Origin: Eledone cirrhosa
Lineage: Eukaryota
Assembly: GCA_964016885.1 (NCBI GenBank)
Contig: OZ024757.1
Location: 12,710,001 to 12,774,000 of the forward strand
DNA length: 64,000 bases
Direction: 5' to 3'
Shown here in pieces: positions 28,592-44,512 of this stretch. The notes under the pieces are model-generated. The model searched no databases. It saw only the letters and a program-made list of their open reading frames with translations, and was not told the DNA's origin. The position numbers and the translations under genes were made by a program. Within the stretch, counting starts at the first letter, position 1. The number at the start of each line of letters is the position of its first letter.

Positions 28592-29225
28592 CACACATAT
28601 ATGTACGTATGTATGTATATGTGTATATATGTGTATGAATGAGTGTGTAGGTGTGTATGTGTACATAGGGTTTTGGTATATGTACGTTTGGTGAACATAT
28701 GTGTATTTACCTGTAGGTATATGTGAGTGTGCGTTCTATACGCATTTATGCGTGTATATTTATATATGTATTTATAATTATATGTATATATAGCACACAA
28801 ACATATATTTATATTTGTATTTAGTGTATACAATCGTATGTGTTCGGGTATATGTGTTGCGCCGGTTTACGTCCGTGTGCGCTTGTTTATATGTACGTAT
28901 ATGTATATGCATGCATGCCGTGAGTTTTCGCATATGCTCGTGTATAAATGTGTGTATGTATATATTTAATTATTATTACTTTTATGATTTTAATAACATC
29001 TGTCATTTTCGTTCAACTAATTTATTTACATTATTCTGAACTCCGAAGCCGAGAATCATTCAGTTTCCTAAATAGTATATTAGTCTACTACTCCATTTAC
29101 ACCATAAACGTGGTTTTGTCTTTACGTGTAATTGTTGTCACCGCTCCACATAACGACGTATTATCTTATTTTTCCCGTTCATTGCCAGGGAACGTCTTCA
29201 CGAATCAAAGCATAAATTATTTTAA

Positions 29226-29788
29226 CTAGTTGACGTACCCAGCTTCGCCCAGGTAAACATATGATAAGAGTAAAGGTCCCTATTTACTCCCTTCACAACT
29301 CTGTATGTTAGACTGACAGACAGGCACACAGACAGATAAACTACGTGGCGATTGTGGAACGCCGCATGTATACACACATACACGCACACAAACTTACACA
29401 CGCACCCGTGCACTTACACACTCACACATGTTGATAGTTTTTACTTTCTGTGGAACGCTGCACGCACGCACACACACATAAACATACGCGCACATACATA
29501 CACACGCACACATGTTAATAGTTATTGCTTTCCTTCCCCTCTTATATCCACACACATCACACACACACACATGTCTCTACACTGACACATATACATAGTG
29601 TATCCAACACAGCGTTCACTTTGCCTCTCTCTTTCTTACTCTCGCCTCTCACTCTCTCATTGGCATTATACATATTAATTTAATTTTGGCGTCGTTGAGG
29701 TGGGCGGAGTCGTTTGAAACCTATGAACCAATGATAATCGAGAATTATGACACACGGAATATTGACATTGTTGAAATTAATATATAGA
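29226..29788 (-). mobile_element. Non-autonomous Helitron derived from the adjacent family
   Basis: 5' TC at 29788; 3' hairpin acctgggcgaagctgggt then CTAG|T at 29226; body matches 35160-35578. Confidence 0.85.
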
Positions 29789-32700
29789 CAAGCTGACGTA
29801 CCCAGCTTCGCCCGGTTGAACAGATGATAAGAGAAGACAGTTAAAAGTGTCCGTGGTGTCTGTGTGAGACCAAAAACAGTAAATAAAATCTTCCAGATAT
29901 ACCAGATTCTTCGTTCTACCGTTTGTGCATAGTATATGAACAATTCTAGGTACTCCCACCTAGAATAGGGACCTCTAGGAGATGGTTCCTCTTCTGTCTG
30001 ACTGGAAAACGTGTATCATTGCATAGACGTGGTTGTTCCACGTTTCTCAAAAGGATGATGGAAGTTCCAATCTTTTATATTATATGTAGATATAGATATA
30101 GATAATTAATATAAAAGATGTCCGTCAATGTAAAAAAGGTCCCTATTTACTTGAAATGGTTTATACAAATGCCAAATTAATATGGATATGGATAACATGC
30201 TTATCTATAAGTGGTCAGCTATAATAATAAAACAACAAATTATATGACAAAAATTTATTCAGTAATTTCCAGGCTCTTAGTAAATATTGCCCAGAGTTCA
30301 ACTCGGGAGGTGTCCCCTGTTTTGAACTCCTTCTACTTCGAAAATAGAATCGTTTTTCAATATTACTCTAGCCCTGGCCGGCCATAGGCACCAAACTTTT
30401 TGCCAGACTCTGCATATGATGAGGTTTTATTACCACCGCTAGCAGAAGCGATAAATTTGAAGGCAATTTCTACCAATACTTGTTGGTTTTTATTGCGCAA
30501 CATATCATTGAAAGCAATTTTTACCAATACTTGTTTGTTTTTATTGCTCATAACGACATTAAATGATATTGAACATAAATGTTAACTCTGTCAAAGCTCA
30601 CAATACTGATCAAAGGACACCAATGTCCGAATCATTTACGTTGCTTATTGATAGCATTAAAGATATGCACACATCAGCTCAAAGCTTCGTTATAGACAAT
30701 ATTTAGGTTTGTTCCTCTGTTAGTGGTATCAATTGGAAATTTTACACCATCAGGATCGCACACTCGAGATGAAGCAACATACAGTTGCCCATGGCTGAAT
30801 GCTGGATCAGTCAAGTAGACACCGACTTGCTTGAAAGTCTGTCCCTGTGCCTTGTTGACAGTCATGGAGAAGGCCAAATTGACGGGAAACTGTCTCCTTT
30901 GCCAAATAAATGGCAGCAGGTCTTCACTTGGTGTCAGCAAAATCCTCGGAATGAGAACCGATTCCTCTCTGCCTGGGAGTTTAGCTTCTAAAACTCTTCC
31001 GTTAATCAATCTCTCAACAATCAATCTGGTACCATTGCAAAGACCCATTTTATGGGCATACCCTTTTTCAACCTCAAAATATGGGGGGGGGGGGGGGAAT
31101 CCGGGTATTTGAAGTGAATTCAGATACTCAGTCGGAACATCCATATTGTTCTGCTGATTAGGCTCCATTGCATCCCCACTGACGGTCCACCATTCCTCTC
31201 CAGGAAACATTCCGGCTGCTTGTGAATTTATTTCATCGACTGTTGCATTCGTATGAGTTAGAATAACATGTTCCGATATCCAGGAGATATTCTGCCAAAA
31301 AGAATTCAAATTAAGGAACACCCAGTCAATCAATGCTTGGCGGTCCAGTGGCATGACCAAATGGTCTGAGATTCTTACAGTCTGATTATCACCAAAGTGT
31401 GGCAAGTCATCGTTTCCCAACTGCATCAACCATCGGCCGTATGTCTCAGCCTCTTCGTTTTGCCCCAACATACGAAGTCGCATATTATCGTGTAATCGCA
31501 AAACTCTGAAATGGCGCCACAACGGGGACTTTTTCAGACATGTATTGCCAATTTGCGCTCTTTGAGCATTCCTAACAATTGGTAGCACCTGTCTGAAATC
31601 GCCACCAAGAACGATAGTCTTACCACTGAATGGCAGGTCACTACCGCAGATATCTCTCAAAGTTCTGTCCAATGCCTCCAGCAAATATCTGTGTGCCATT
31701 GGAGCCTCGTCCCAAATAATCAGAGACGTATTGCGTATAAGGCCCGCGAGTTCACTTTGTCCTGTAATATTACAGACACTCAACTCATCCGGAGCCAATG
31801 GAGCCTTGAAGCATTAGTGGAAGGTCCTTCCACCACTCAGAAAAATGGCAGCGATCCCCCTGGTGGGCACAGGGAGAGGAATCTTCCTCTGAGCTCTGAC
31901 TGCCGATAACATAGTGTTGAAACAGAATGTCTTTCCGGTGCCTCCTGGAGCATCTATGAAAGCACAAAGTTGCTCATTAGTGGAAATCGAGTGGAGAACG
32001 CCATCGACCAATTCTCTCTGAGATTGGGTCAACATTGGCATACGTTCATCCACAATACGTTGCTGTTCCAGTCGATCAAACTGGAATAGTTCCCTCTGAT
32101 CGAGTGGCAACCGTCTAAGCTGCAATCTCATGTTCAAGCTAAGACACGTTGCCGTATTTCTTCATCAGGAATTGGCAAATTGAAATCTGTTAAACATTTC
32201 AAATGAACTTCGAGCAGTTGCTCAATATTGAGCAAAACAATAGCTTTCATCAAATTTTCATCATCGACCTGAAGAGGATGCCTAAAATCATCAGCCATAA
32301 TTCCCCAATGGAGTTCAAATAACTCTCTTGGATCGGCAGGATTGCAGAATCCTAGAATCGTGATAAACAACTGCCTTATTTGAGCTGGCATCTGTGTTGT
32401 TCCTGCAGCTTCCATGGCGTTATTCCATTCAGCGTCATCCTGAAGGAGTCCCAGATGCTGACACACAGCCTGGTATGTTTCATATTCCACGCCATTGATT
32501 GTTTTCAAATCAGCGAAGCTCTGTTTACCTCTCGAAAAATCACTATGCAACAGAATTCGGAGATAAAACACATCACCAGATGCTGGATGGACATTACAAA
32601 CCCGTCCAATAGTCATGAATCTCAACTTTTGTTTTCTATCATTCCATTTCTTTCCCTTCTTATCCCACGTATAGTGCGAAGGGAAACCGCAGTAGAGCTG

Positions 32701-35578
32701 CCTTTGATCCGGGTTCAAAGCATGTTCCCTATTATGCTTGAACCACTCAGTCAATTCCATCTTAGGAGGTGGTGCGTTAACAATTCTTTCGACACCTCTT
32801 CTAGTGTCCTGAAAACAGACCATTTGCCTATTCTCTAAGTGAACCATCAGTTTCTGAACGCTGGGTTTTCGTTCATTGAGATCAAAATCGAACAATCTCC
32901 AGCAAGTTTCGCTAGATCCAATCGAGCGAACATCCTGGAACCTGCCAACTTCATCTCCTTGGTTCGCTTCCTCATTCCTGACATTGATCATTGCTCGATC
33001 ATGACCTTTGTAAATATATTTGAATAGATATTTGCAAGCTTTTACTGAGCTACAAATTTCCACATTAATATGACAACGATATTTCATAATCAAATATGGA
33101 TTGTATGGCACAACCCATTGATTTGTAACCTGTCGACCATTTACATTTTTGACCAAACCACCATCGGCAGGCGACCGTCTTCTGTATGAGGGATGAGCAT
33201 CCCCATCGTTCCAGGAAGTGTTCGTGACAAAAGATTTCGGAAAGTGCTTACTGCATTGGCCATTTTTCATGCAAGGCGCTTTCCGATTTGCCACTCCGCA
33301 TTGGTTGTGCACCATTGACTTTGCCACCAAGTTGCGTAGTGCAACATTCTCCGACAGTTCAGCACACACAATGCTGTCGACATCCTCAGCACATCACAAT
33401 TTGCAATCTCTATGTAAAATGATCAGCAAATGTGCATGTGGCAATCCTCTTTTTTGGAATTCAATTACGTATGTAAAAGCAACTATACCTACAAAGATTC
33501 CCTCTTTTTCCACATCATCCATTATCTTTTTCAGATATCCTTTGAATACTCTTGCCACAATATCAGGACGGTCCTTTGGCTGTTGTCCTGGCAAAAGTGC
33601 ATCCTTAATATCAGTCCATTCAGGATTGCATGTAACCGTTATAAACAAATCTGGCTTTCAAAACTTTCTGACAATAGCCATTGCATCCTGATAGCGAATG
33701 TTCATATATCTCGGGCCGCCGATGAACGACGATGGCAAAATGATGCGTCGACCAATTTGCTTGTAATTGGCATCATCGGCTGTTATCGCATCCTGTATAT
33801 TATTATACAATTCAGCTCTGATATGTTGCTGATGTGTAGCTATATAATTTAGCCTTTGATTTTCGATCTTTGCGTATGCCATACAACAGTATTCCTGGAA
33901 CAATCTGCTGGCTTGAAATAGCGTATTTCTCTGTTGATTCCTCTCGTTCAAATGGAACGCGTAAAAGTCGCGAATCGAATTATTGTGTCTATTGCCGCCT
34001 CCCTGTTGATGCTGATTCTCATGATCATCTAAATGAACAGACATGTTCCATCCATTTTCACCTTTTGGGAATAAAAGAACATAATGCAATGGATGGTATG
34101 TCCTATTTGACTCATTGATAGTTTTGAGACCACCATCTCTGCGATTGAGGGCGATATCTCTTGATCCAGGCTTATCGTCCATCAACACAGAAACTTCACG
34201 AAATCCTTCAGGGGCATTATATCGCCGTTCGTGTTGATTCCTTGGCACTGCGTCAGCCTTAATCACCAATGTTTGTTGCTGAACATTTTGCAGTTCAGCC
34301 ACCAACATGAAATGCATAACATAAGGATTACACTGTCTAAGCCATGATTGCAAATCACGGATCAAATCACTTAACCTTTGCCGTTCAAGTTCAGTTATAT
34401 TTCCCGGCAACTTCATCCAACCGATCCTGATATCCTCCTCCGATTCACTATAATCTGGATCGTTAACGTAAATTTGAGCGAATCGAGGCCTCTCTCCTGG
34501 GGTAACTTCTAAATTACCGATACAATGATACAAACGGCATTGAATGACGACATTCGGTTGCTATGCTCCACTCTCAAACATCTCACTAACTCTCTGCGAT
34601 GCTAAAGCTAATGAATTGTTAATTTGCTGCGAATATTTGCGCAGTAATCTACCTCGGTCTCATTGATCACCCCACATACTTAGTATTTTAAACTCCGGTG
34701 ACTCCCCATCATCCTGCATTCGCAAGGGTTCTAGTTGAACTGCTCCTTTATGACAGCACATTGTGGTCCACGTCTTTTCGTGCCTCCAGATCAATGCTCC
34801 ACAATGTGGAGACTCTGCTCGTCCACCAATCTGACAATGACACGGTTGCCATGATCCATTTTTAATATCATTCGTTCGCCTTCTAGCCTCTTTACTGGAA
34901 TGAGGAGCACTTTGCGACACATTCCCTGAACTTCTGTATTGCGCTGGCGCTGTTCAGCCAGCTCCTCGTCATCCATCGGAGCACGCCGTTGCTGCTGAAT
35001 TCTGGCCGCCTGCTGATGATGCTCAGCCAGTTCGTTTTTCAACCATCGCAGCACTCCGTCGCCGCTGTAGTTCACTGTTTGATAAAGTCGAATTGCTTTT
35101 GTTATCAGTATTCATTTCGAGCAATTGTAAAAAAATGACACAATAATAAATATAAAAGATGTCCGTCAATGTAAAGAAAGGTCCCTATTTACTCCCTTCA
35201 CAACTCTGTGTATGACAGACAGCACACAGTCAGATAAACTGCGCGGCGATTGTGGAACGTCACACACATACACGCATGGAAACGCGCACACGCACGCAAA
35301 CATACACACGCACACACTGACACATGTTGATAGTTTTTTACTTTCTGTGGAACACTGCACTCACGCACACACACACAAACATACGCGCACATACATACAC
35401 ACGCATACATGTTAATAGTTATTGAACACAGCGTTCACACTCTCCCCTCTCACTCCTTCATTGGCATTATGCATATTAATTTCAGTTTGACGTCGGCAGA
35501 GTCGTTTGAAACCTATGAACCAATGATAATCGAGAATTGTGACACGGAATACTGACATTCTTCAAATTAATAAATAGA
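29789..35578 (-). mobile_element. Autonomous-type Helitron, decayed
   Basis: A|TC 5' end at 35578; 3' hairpin plus CTTG at 29789-29816; Rep-helicase fragments inside. Confidence 0.9.
30674..35075 (-). pseudogene. Helitron Rep-helicase (HUH endonuclease + PIF1-family SF1B helicase), fragmented by stops and frameshifts
   Basis: FITVTCNPEW, EFQKRGLPHAH, KYLFKYIYKG; DAPGGTGKT, IIWDEAPM, GGDFRQVLP, NKAQGQT, HGQLYVASSRV. Confidence 0.95.
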
Positions 35579-35730
35579 TATATATCATCATCATCATCAT
35601 CATCATTTTACGTCCGCTTTTCACTGCTTGCAAGCCATGTGCCTCTTCCTATATACTATATATATATACACACATATACATATATATATATATGTATGTA
35701 TATATATATATGTATATATATATATGTATG

Positions 35731-35769
<39 letters not shown>

Positions 35770-38700
35770 CACCTTGAGCGACCAGTCTATCGGGCGTCCA
35801 TTCGGCGCCGCTGGTCATAGCACGCCGTCCATTCCTCTCTGGATCGTGCTTTCCTCATCCATGTAGTCCCAATCATATTCCTAAAATTATCTGCCACCTT
35901 ATCTACCACTGTGGAGGCCTTCCGAGTGGTCGCTTCCACTCGCACGGGTACCACTCGGCAACTGCGCAGGTCCAGCGATTATCGGTGAACCGGGCGACGT
36001 GTCCAGCCCATCTGAACTTGCTGCGTATATATTGCGTGATGACGTCCCTCACGCCGGACTTCTGTCTGATGATTTCGCTCCTGATGTGCTCTCTCAACGA
36101 GATTCCTAGCATTGATCTCTCCATGGCTCTTTGAGCCGTTACCAGCCTCTGTTATTTTCTCTTCGTTGTAGACCAAGTTTCACTGCCATATAACTTTGTA
36201 GATAAAACTGTGCTATTGAAGAAGTTGGCGCGAGTGGTCTTGTCCAACCTCCCCTTGAGCACATCCCTTATGCCGCTGAACGCCTTCCATCCGGCCCTTA
36301 CTGTCCGCGAGATCTCCCTCTCAATGTCTCGGCGCATGTTCACTTCTTGTCCTAGGTAGACGTATTCCTCCACCTCCTCTATTTCATCACCGCCAACCAC
36401 CATTCGACCTGTTGGTACGTTGTCGGACCGCATGAAGTTCGTTTTCATGTTGTTCATTCTGAGGCCTACTGCAGAGCTTTTGATGTCGAGCTCCGTCAGC
36501 ATGGTCTGAAGCTCATCCGTGGTTTCAGCGATGAGTACAATCTCATCAGCCAAACGGAGGTGGGTAAGTATCTCCCCATTGATGGTGACACCGCCTTGCC
36601 AGTCAATGCCTCTGATGATCTGCGGTGAAAACATTTGGAGAGATAGTATCTCCTTGCTTCACTCCCTTCTCGACCGGCACTCGTACGGGTGATGACAGCA
36701 GAGCTATGTCGGTGGTGCATCCAGAATTCGCCTCCTTGAGCAGTTGAACGTATTGCGCCTCGACTCCTTGCCTCTGCAGCGAGTTCAGCACTGCGTTGAT
36801 TTCGACGCTGTCGAAGGCCTTCTTGTAGTCTACGAACGCGACGCAAAGAGGCATCTTGTACTTTTTTGCTTGCTCAAGCAATTGTGTCAGAGTAAATATG
36901 TGGTCCATCGTGCTGTAGTTCTTCCGGAAGCCAGCTTGCTCTTTCGGTTGCTGTTCGTCCATATGAAGTGATAACCTGTTCAGGATTATCTTCGTGAACA
37001 GCTTGTACACGTGAGACAGCAGGAATATGGGTCGGTAGTTCTTCAGATCTTCTCTATCGCCCTTCTTTTATAGCAGGATGGTATTCGACTCTTTCCACTG
37101 CGAGGGTATTCTTCCCTCGTCCAGATCGTGTGTGAATCGCTCGGCGAGGATTATCCAGAGCTGCTCTCCGCCTGACTTTAACACCTCCGATGTTATGCTG
37201 TCTTTCCCTGGCGCCTTTCCGCTTTTCATCACGCCGACGGCTCTTTCGACCTCACCGACAAGGATGGGTGGCACATTTTCTTCCTGTTGGAGTGACGGCA
37301 ACGGCTGCACATTCCCGGCAGACTTGAAGAGCTTGGTGTAAAGGTCTTCGTAAATCTTTTCCATCTCATTCTTGTCGCTGATCGGTACTCCAGCTGTGTT
37401 CTTCAGGGTCGTCACCTCCGATCTGTACATTGCCATGTCTCTCGCATTTCTTGAGGCTCTTCTTTTCCTCTGCGGCCTTCAGGAGCTTCCCCATCCGGTA
37501 TGCCTCGAAGTCTCTCTTCAGTTGACGTATCACTCTGCTGAGAAGGGAATATTCGAGGTGATCTTCAGGTGTCCTCTTCATAATCTTCCTCTTCTCAAGC
37601 AACTTCATAGTTTCCTCCCAGACTCTTCCCTTCCGCTCCTTCGGGCACACACCCTTAGCCTTCCTCAAGCACTCCTTCAGTTTCCTTATCAGTGAGTCGT
37701 AGTCAGCGTCTATGCCGTCTCCTTTACACCACTTTGACTGCATGATGGCTTCCTGCTGCTGCGCCTCGTTGAAGACCCAGACGCGTTCTCCCTTCGACGC
37801 CAAATGCAGCGCCTTCTTCTCCCTCGTCCGATCGATGACGACCTTCGCCCTCACCAGACGATGATCACTGCCAGTGTTAAATGGCGTTATGACGGAGACG
37901 TCCTGCAGTATACGTCGCTTGTCGACTAGGATGTATTCGATCTTGTTTCCGTGCTCAGAATTTAGCGATACCCAGGTCCATCTTTTCTCCTCCTTCTTCC
38001 TGAATAGGCTGTTTCCGATGTAGAGCCGTCTCATCTCCGCCATGGTGACCAGACACTCTCCTCTCTCATTTCGATCTCCTAGGCCGAATTATCCTACATA
38101 CTCTTCCCCTTGCCGTTCCTGTCCGACCTTTGCGTTGAAGTCTCCCATCACGGCGGTGTAAGTGGACTTCACAGCTAGCACTTGTCTAGCTGGCGATAGA
38201 ATTCTTCCACTTCCTCGTCGTCGCTGGCACTTGTGGGAGCGTAGGTCTGGATGATCTTGATGGTGGCCTTCCCTGAGAGGTTTACGTTCAGTACACCAAT
38301 CCGTGGCGATATGAACTGGCAAGAAGCGACCTTCGAAGCCCATTCCTTGCTTACGATAAACCCTATACCTCCGACCAATCTGGCATCCTCTGCTTTCCCC
38401 GAGTCCCACGGCGCATCCATCTTGCCATCGGGAATTCGCCTCCTTCTGGCGGGTCTCGCACAGCCCTAACATGTCCCACCTGATCTTCTTCTCCTCCATT
38501 AGGTGGTTCAGTCCTTGCCCTCCTGCCAAAGACCTACAGTTGTATGTTCATATGGCAAGGTTAGTCCTGTTCCATGGCGGCCTTCGGGAACCTGTGATTC
38601 TTAGCAGCCTCTCGTCGCTCGGGTTGCACTCTGCCGTCATGGAGTAGCCCGATTGACTCGCAGGGTACTGAGGCCCTTTTCTTCGTGCTGTTTTAACCAT

Positions 38701-38790
38701 AAGATAACGCCATCCCATTGGCTGGGCGGGCAGGCCGGTACCTCTTCAGTTTAGCTAGCTTTTGCACTCTAGAAGATGATGAATCATCTC
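35770..38790 (-). mobile_element. Near full-length RTE-clade LINE of a third, GC-rich lineage (APE + RT, no PHD insert), frameshifted
   Basis: YAPTS, MGDFNAKVG, GSDHRLV, QAGFRK, FVDYKKAFDSV, GVKQGDTISP, degenerate LADE, WAGHVAR, GRPP. Confidence 0.9.
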
Positions 38791-38824
38791 TAGGACCCAA
38801 TTCGGGTCAAACAAATAAAAGAAA

Positions 38825-38903
<79 letters not shown>

Positions 38904-39048
38904 CTTGGGGAGGTTCATATTGTTGTAATAATATTGCCAGAAATAATAACACTGTTTGGTTGGTTTTCGCTTCTGTATCTTTTATATCTCCATAGTTAAT
39001 TTATATATATATATATATCATCATCATCATCAATATATATATATATAC

Positions 39049-39101
<53 letters not shown>

Positions 39102-39179
39102 TATACACACATATATATACACACACACATATATATATATATACACACACACATATATATCTAAGTCTAAAGTCTATCT

Positions 39180-39566
<387 letters not shown>

Positions 39567-39607
39567 GAGAGTAAAACAAAGAATCCTTTAATACATCAAA
39601 AGTTTTT

Positions 39608-39652
39608 ATTAGCCGACAATGTTTCGTCCTATTAAGGACTCATCAGGGCAAT
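39608..39652 (-). ncRNA. Minimal type I hammerhead ribozyme motif followed by AATAAA
   Basis: attgcc CTGATGA gtcct taat aggac GAAA c att GTC ggctaat; AATAAA at 39605-39610. Confidence 0.85.
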
Positions 39653-41099
39653 CAAAACAACAAGAGGTAATTTCGGCAGATACAAGCCAGAAACTCTGAA
39701 GAATATGGAGTTTACATACACTAATGTCTTACAAGGATATACGATAATAAAAATGAAGATAAAAATAATAAAATTATAATAACTAAGGATGTAGATAACA
39801 TTAAGAACCATATTACAAATATGGTCCAAAGTCACCAACTTAAATCTAAACAAATTTGGTTATATAGAGCAGGAATTATATATAACACAGTATAATACAT
39901 TATAATAATAATATATCTATACCAACACTGAAATTCCAAATCAAAAATCAAAAGGTACAATATATACATGTATATATGTGCGCACACACACACACACATA
40001 TTATAATACACATATCTATTTTCTATTACACAGAAATTGAGCCCTATTGGAAGTTTGAACATCAAAAATATTAAAAATAAGCATGGTAATAGTGAAAATA
40101 ATGCTAATACATCTACCCCTATATACATGGGGCAATAATTACAAGAAACACTTATAATAAATAATAAACAACAACATTATATAATATAATACAATATAAT
40201 AAAGTAGAATATATATAATAAGAATATATATAATCTCCGGTTAATTTATAGAAACAATATAGATGTCACAGTGAAATACAATGATAAGTTGTTAACATTA
40301 TATTAACAATTTCCATAATCGATATGTACAACATGATTCATATTGGGTTACATAATAAATGGGGAAATATCAATCATATAATATAATACAATAATACTCA
40401 AAAAAACTATATTGGTACAGGGAACAAATATGATGTTACAGAAAAAATATGTTGTTACAGAAAAAATATATAGACATCTAACATGATATGTAAAGTCTAA
40501 ATACCATAATGTTACATACTACAATATTAAAATATTAAAATGTTAAAATATTAAAATATTAAAAAATATAAAGTTTAAGTATCTTAATGTTATATATAAT
40601 AAACGGTAAGTAATAAGGATCTATATCATAATGTAATATATTTTAAAAATAGGCATATAATATATAAATAAATACTTATAAGTTCAAGGTTAGTAGACAG
40701 ACATATGTGGATGAGCAAAGCCAGACAGTGAGTGGTAAATAAAAACAATCAACCGGAAATTACAAAACGAAGCAAATGTATACACACTTAAGTCGCGCGT
40801 GCATTAAGAAATTTGGTAAACACCCAGGGAAACGATCATTTTAAATGACTCCCAACCCTATTTGATAAATTAATATTAAAAATATCAAACCCGTCCGATA
40901 AGGTAGTATAAAATTAGCTATAGTCTCAGTCATTAAAGTATATAAACTTTAATATATCGTTACAAATGTTTACAAAAAGGAATAAAAATTACACTATCAT
41001 ACACGCAACGATATCTAAAAAACTGACTTAAGTAAAGTTAAGGTAAGCTAATGGGGACAGAATTGGCAAAATATATGGAGGGTGCGAAGTGGCATAAAA

Positions 41100-41600
41100 T
41101 ATATTCGATATACTATAATAAATAATAGAACAGAGCATAAAAGAGTGGGGGGGGGGGTTTAATATAATCATATTTAATCTGGAGGGGTTGACAATAAGTT
41201 TATGCGTGCATGGGGGGGAAGGGGGGAGAGGGGGGGTAATAGATAAATCAGAATAGACTTAGAAATAAAAATATAAATAGAATTAAAATTAAAAATAAAA
41301 TTTAAAATTAAAAATTGAATATACTATAATTATAAATAAATTCGATATACTATAATAATTCAATATACTATAATAAATTATAATAAATTCGATATACTAT
41401 AATAAATAATAGAACAGAGCATAAAAGAGGGGGGGGGTGATATAACCATATTCAATCTAGGGGGGTTGACAATAAGTTAATGCGTGCATGGGGGGAGAAG
41501 GGGGGGGTTAATAGATAAATCAGAATAGTCTTAGAAATAAAAATATAAATAGAATTGAAAATAAAAATAAAAATAATGTTAAAATTAAAAATTAAAGTTA
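41100..41600. repeat. Two tandem copies of a ~280-bp unit with G-runs
   Basis: ttcgatatactataataaataatagaacagagcataaaagag(g)n repeated. Confidence 0.85.
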
Positions 41601-41713
41601 ATGATAATAAAAGAATATATAAAGGTAATAACGTGTGTAATCTTATGTATACTAACAAGGTGTAATAGTGAAGACATAGATATGGTACAGTGGCCAAATG
41701 ATTATGAGAGCTA

Positions 41714-42275
<562 letters not shown>

Positions 42276-42290
42276 GTTTTAATATAGATG

Positions 42291-42341
42291 AGATTCTACA
42301 GGACTAGAACTGTTTCATTCATTAGAAATCATCAGGAATCT
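42291..42341 (-). ncRNA. Type I hammerhead ribozyme motif
   Basis: agattc CTGATGA t ttc taat gaa t GAAA cag ttctagtc ct GTA gaatct: 6-bp stem I, 4-bp stem III, GUA site. Confidence 0.75.
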
Positions 42342-42859
42342 GGGTATCAAAAAATAAATATGGTATTTATAGGTCTCTACAAGTGGTAGGAGAGGGTGGG
42401 GAGTGGGATGGGTGCAGGTCATTGGTTGATAGAGAAGGGAATTCATTAAAAGCTAATTCTACATAGCTATAGTTAATTTATATTTATTTATGTTTTTAGA
42501 GTAACAAAGGCAGACAGAATTCTATAAACAGGTTCTGGATGGCGTACCATTCCTTGTCAATAAGTTTCTCTTAAGCTAGCAGATGTCTATAAAATCAGTG
42601 GGGGGTCATTCATGCTCGATAGAATTAAAGAAAAGGGAGATTCTTTACATTAAGGTTCTGCTAAGTGACAAAGGTCTAGGGAATTCTGCAGACAGATTCA
42701 AAATACTGAGTGCATATCTTACTATTATCTTCGAACTTCTCTTAAACTAATCAACAATATGCCAAATCAAAAGACACATTCACAAAAAAACAAAAAAACC
42801 CAATAAAACAAAAAAAACAGAAAAACAAAAGAAACCACACCTAAAAAACAAAAAAACAC

Positions 42860-43048
42860 ACATACTCACTCACACACTTACGCGCAACCATAAAGACACA
42901 CATAAACACATATACACACATAAAAACACACACACATATATAAAAAATATATAAACATATACAAATATAAATATATATTCATGTACACACACATACATAC
43001 ACACATACATATATACATATATAAAATACATATACACACATACATACG

Positions 43049-43116
<68 letters not shown>

Positions 43117-43236
43117 TACACATATACACATATATATATACACACACATACACACACACACACATACATACATATATATATACACATATATACAAATACA
43201 TACATATATATACAAATATATATACATATATACATA

Positions 43237-43286
<50 letters not shown>

Positions 43287-43409
43287 GATACATACACACA
43301 TACACATACATACACAGATACACACATATATATACACAAATAAATACACTCACACGCATACATACAAACACGAGTATACATATGTATAAATATCTATACA
43401 CACACACAT

Positions 43410-43464
<55 letters not shown>

Positions 43465-43515
43465 CATATACACACATACAAACACACATATATATACACA
43501 CATACATACATATAC

Positions 43516-43578
<63 letters not shown>

Positions 43579-43679
43579 CATACATATACATACATATACA
43601 CACACACATACATATACGTACACACATACGTACAGATATATATATATATATCTCTCTCTATACATACACATACATACAC

Positions 43680-43713
<34 letters not shown>

Positions 43714-43804
43714 CCATACATACACATGCATACACAGACCTATACATAAATATACACATATATATACAGAGATATAACGCACATATACACACACATATAT
43801 ACAT

Positions 43805-43902
<98 letters not shown>

Positions 43903-43936
43903 GCATACACACACACACACACATATATATATACAC

Positions 43937-43977
<41 letters not shown>

Positions 43978-44048
43978 AATATATACACACACATATATAC
44001 AAACATACATATACACACACATATACATACATATACATACACACACAC

Positions 44049-44079
<31 letters not shown>

Positions 44080-44223
44080 CACAAACACATACAAACATAT
44101 ACCTACATAAATATACACACATAAAACACGTATTCACACAAACATATATATATACACACATATATATATACACACACACACACACATACACATATATATA
44201 TATATATATACACACACATATAC

Positions 44224-44256
<33 letters not shown>

Positions 44257-44442
44257 CATACACATATACATATACATGCACATATACATATATATATATA
44301 TATACACACACACACAACACATACACATATACACATATACAAACAAATATATACACATACAAGTAAATAGGTACTCAATAAATATACGCATATACACAGG
44401 CACATAAAGACACCTCTACAGGCAGAAAAAGTAGATACAAAA

Positions 44443-44510
<68 letters not shown>
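42860..44510. repeat. Compound (CA)n/(TA)n microsatellite field
   Basis: Direct inspection. Confidence 0.95.

Positions 44511-44512
<2 letters not shown>

Noticed and set aside
38690-38790. HDV-like ribozyme at the 5' end of the GC-rich RTE (gccaatggga word)
   Set aside because: Could not build the nested double pseudoknot by eye; needs a descriptor search
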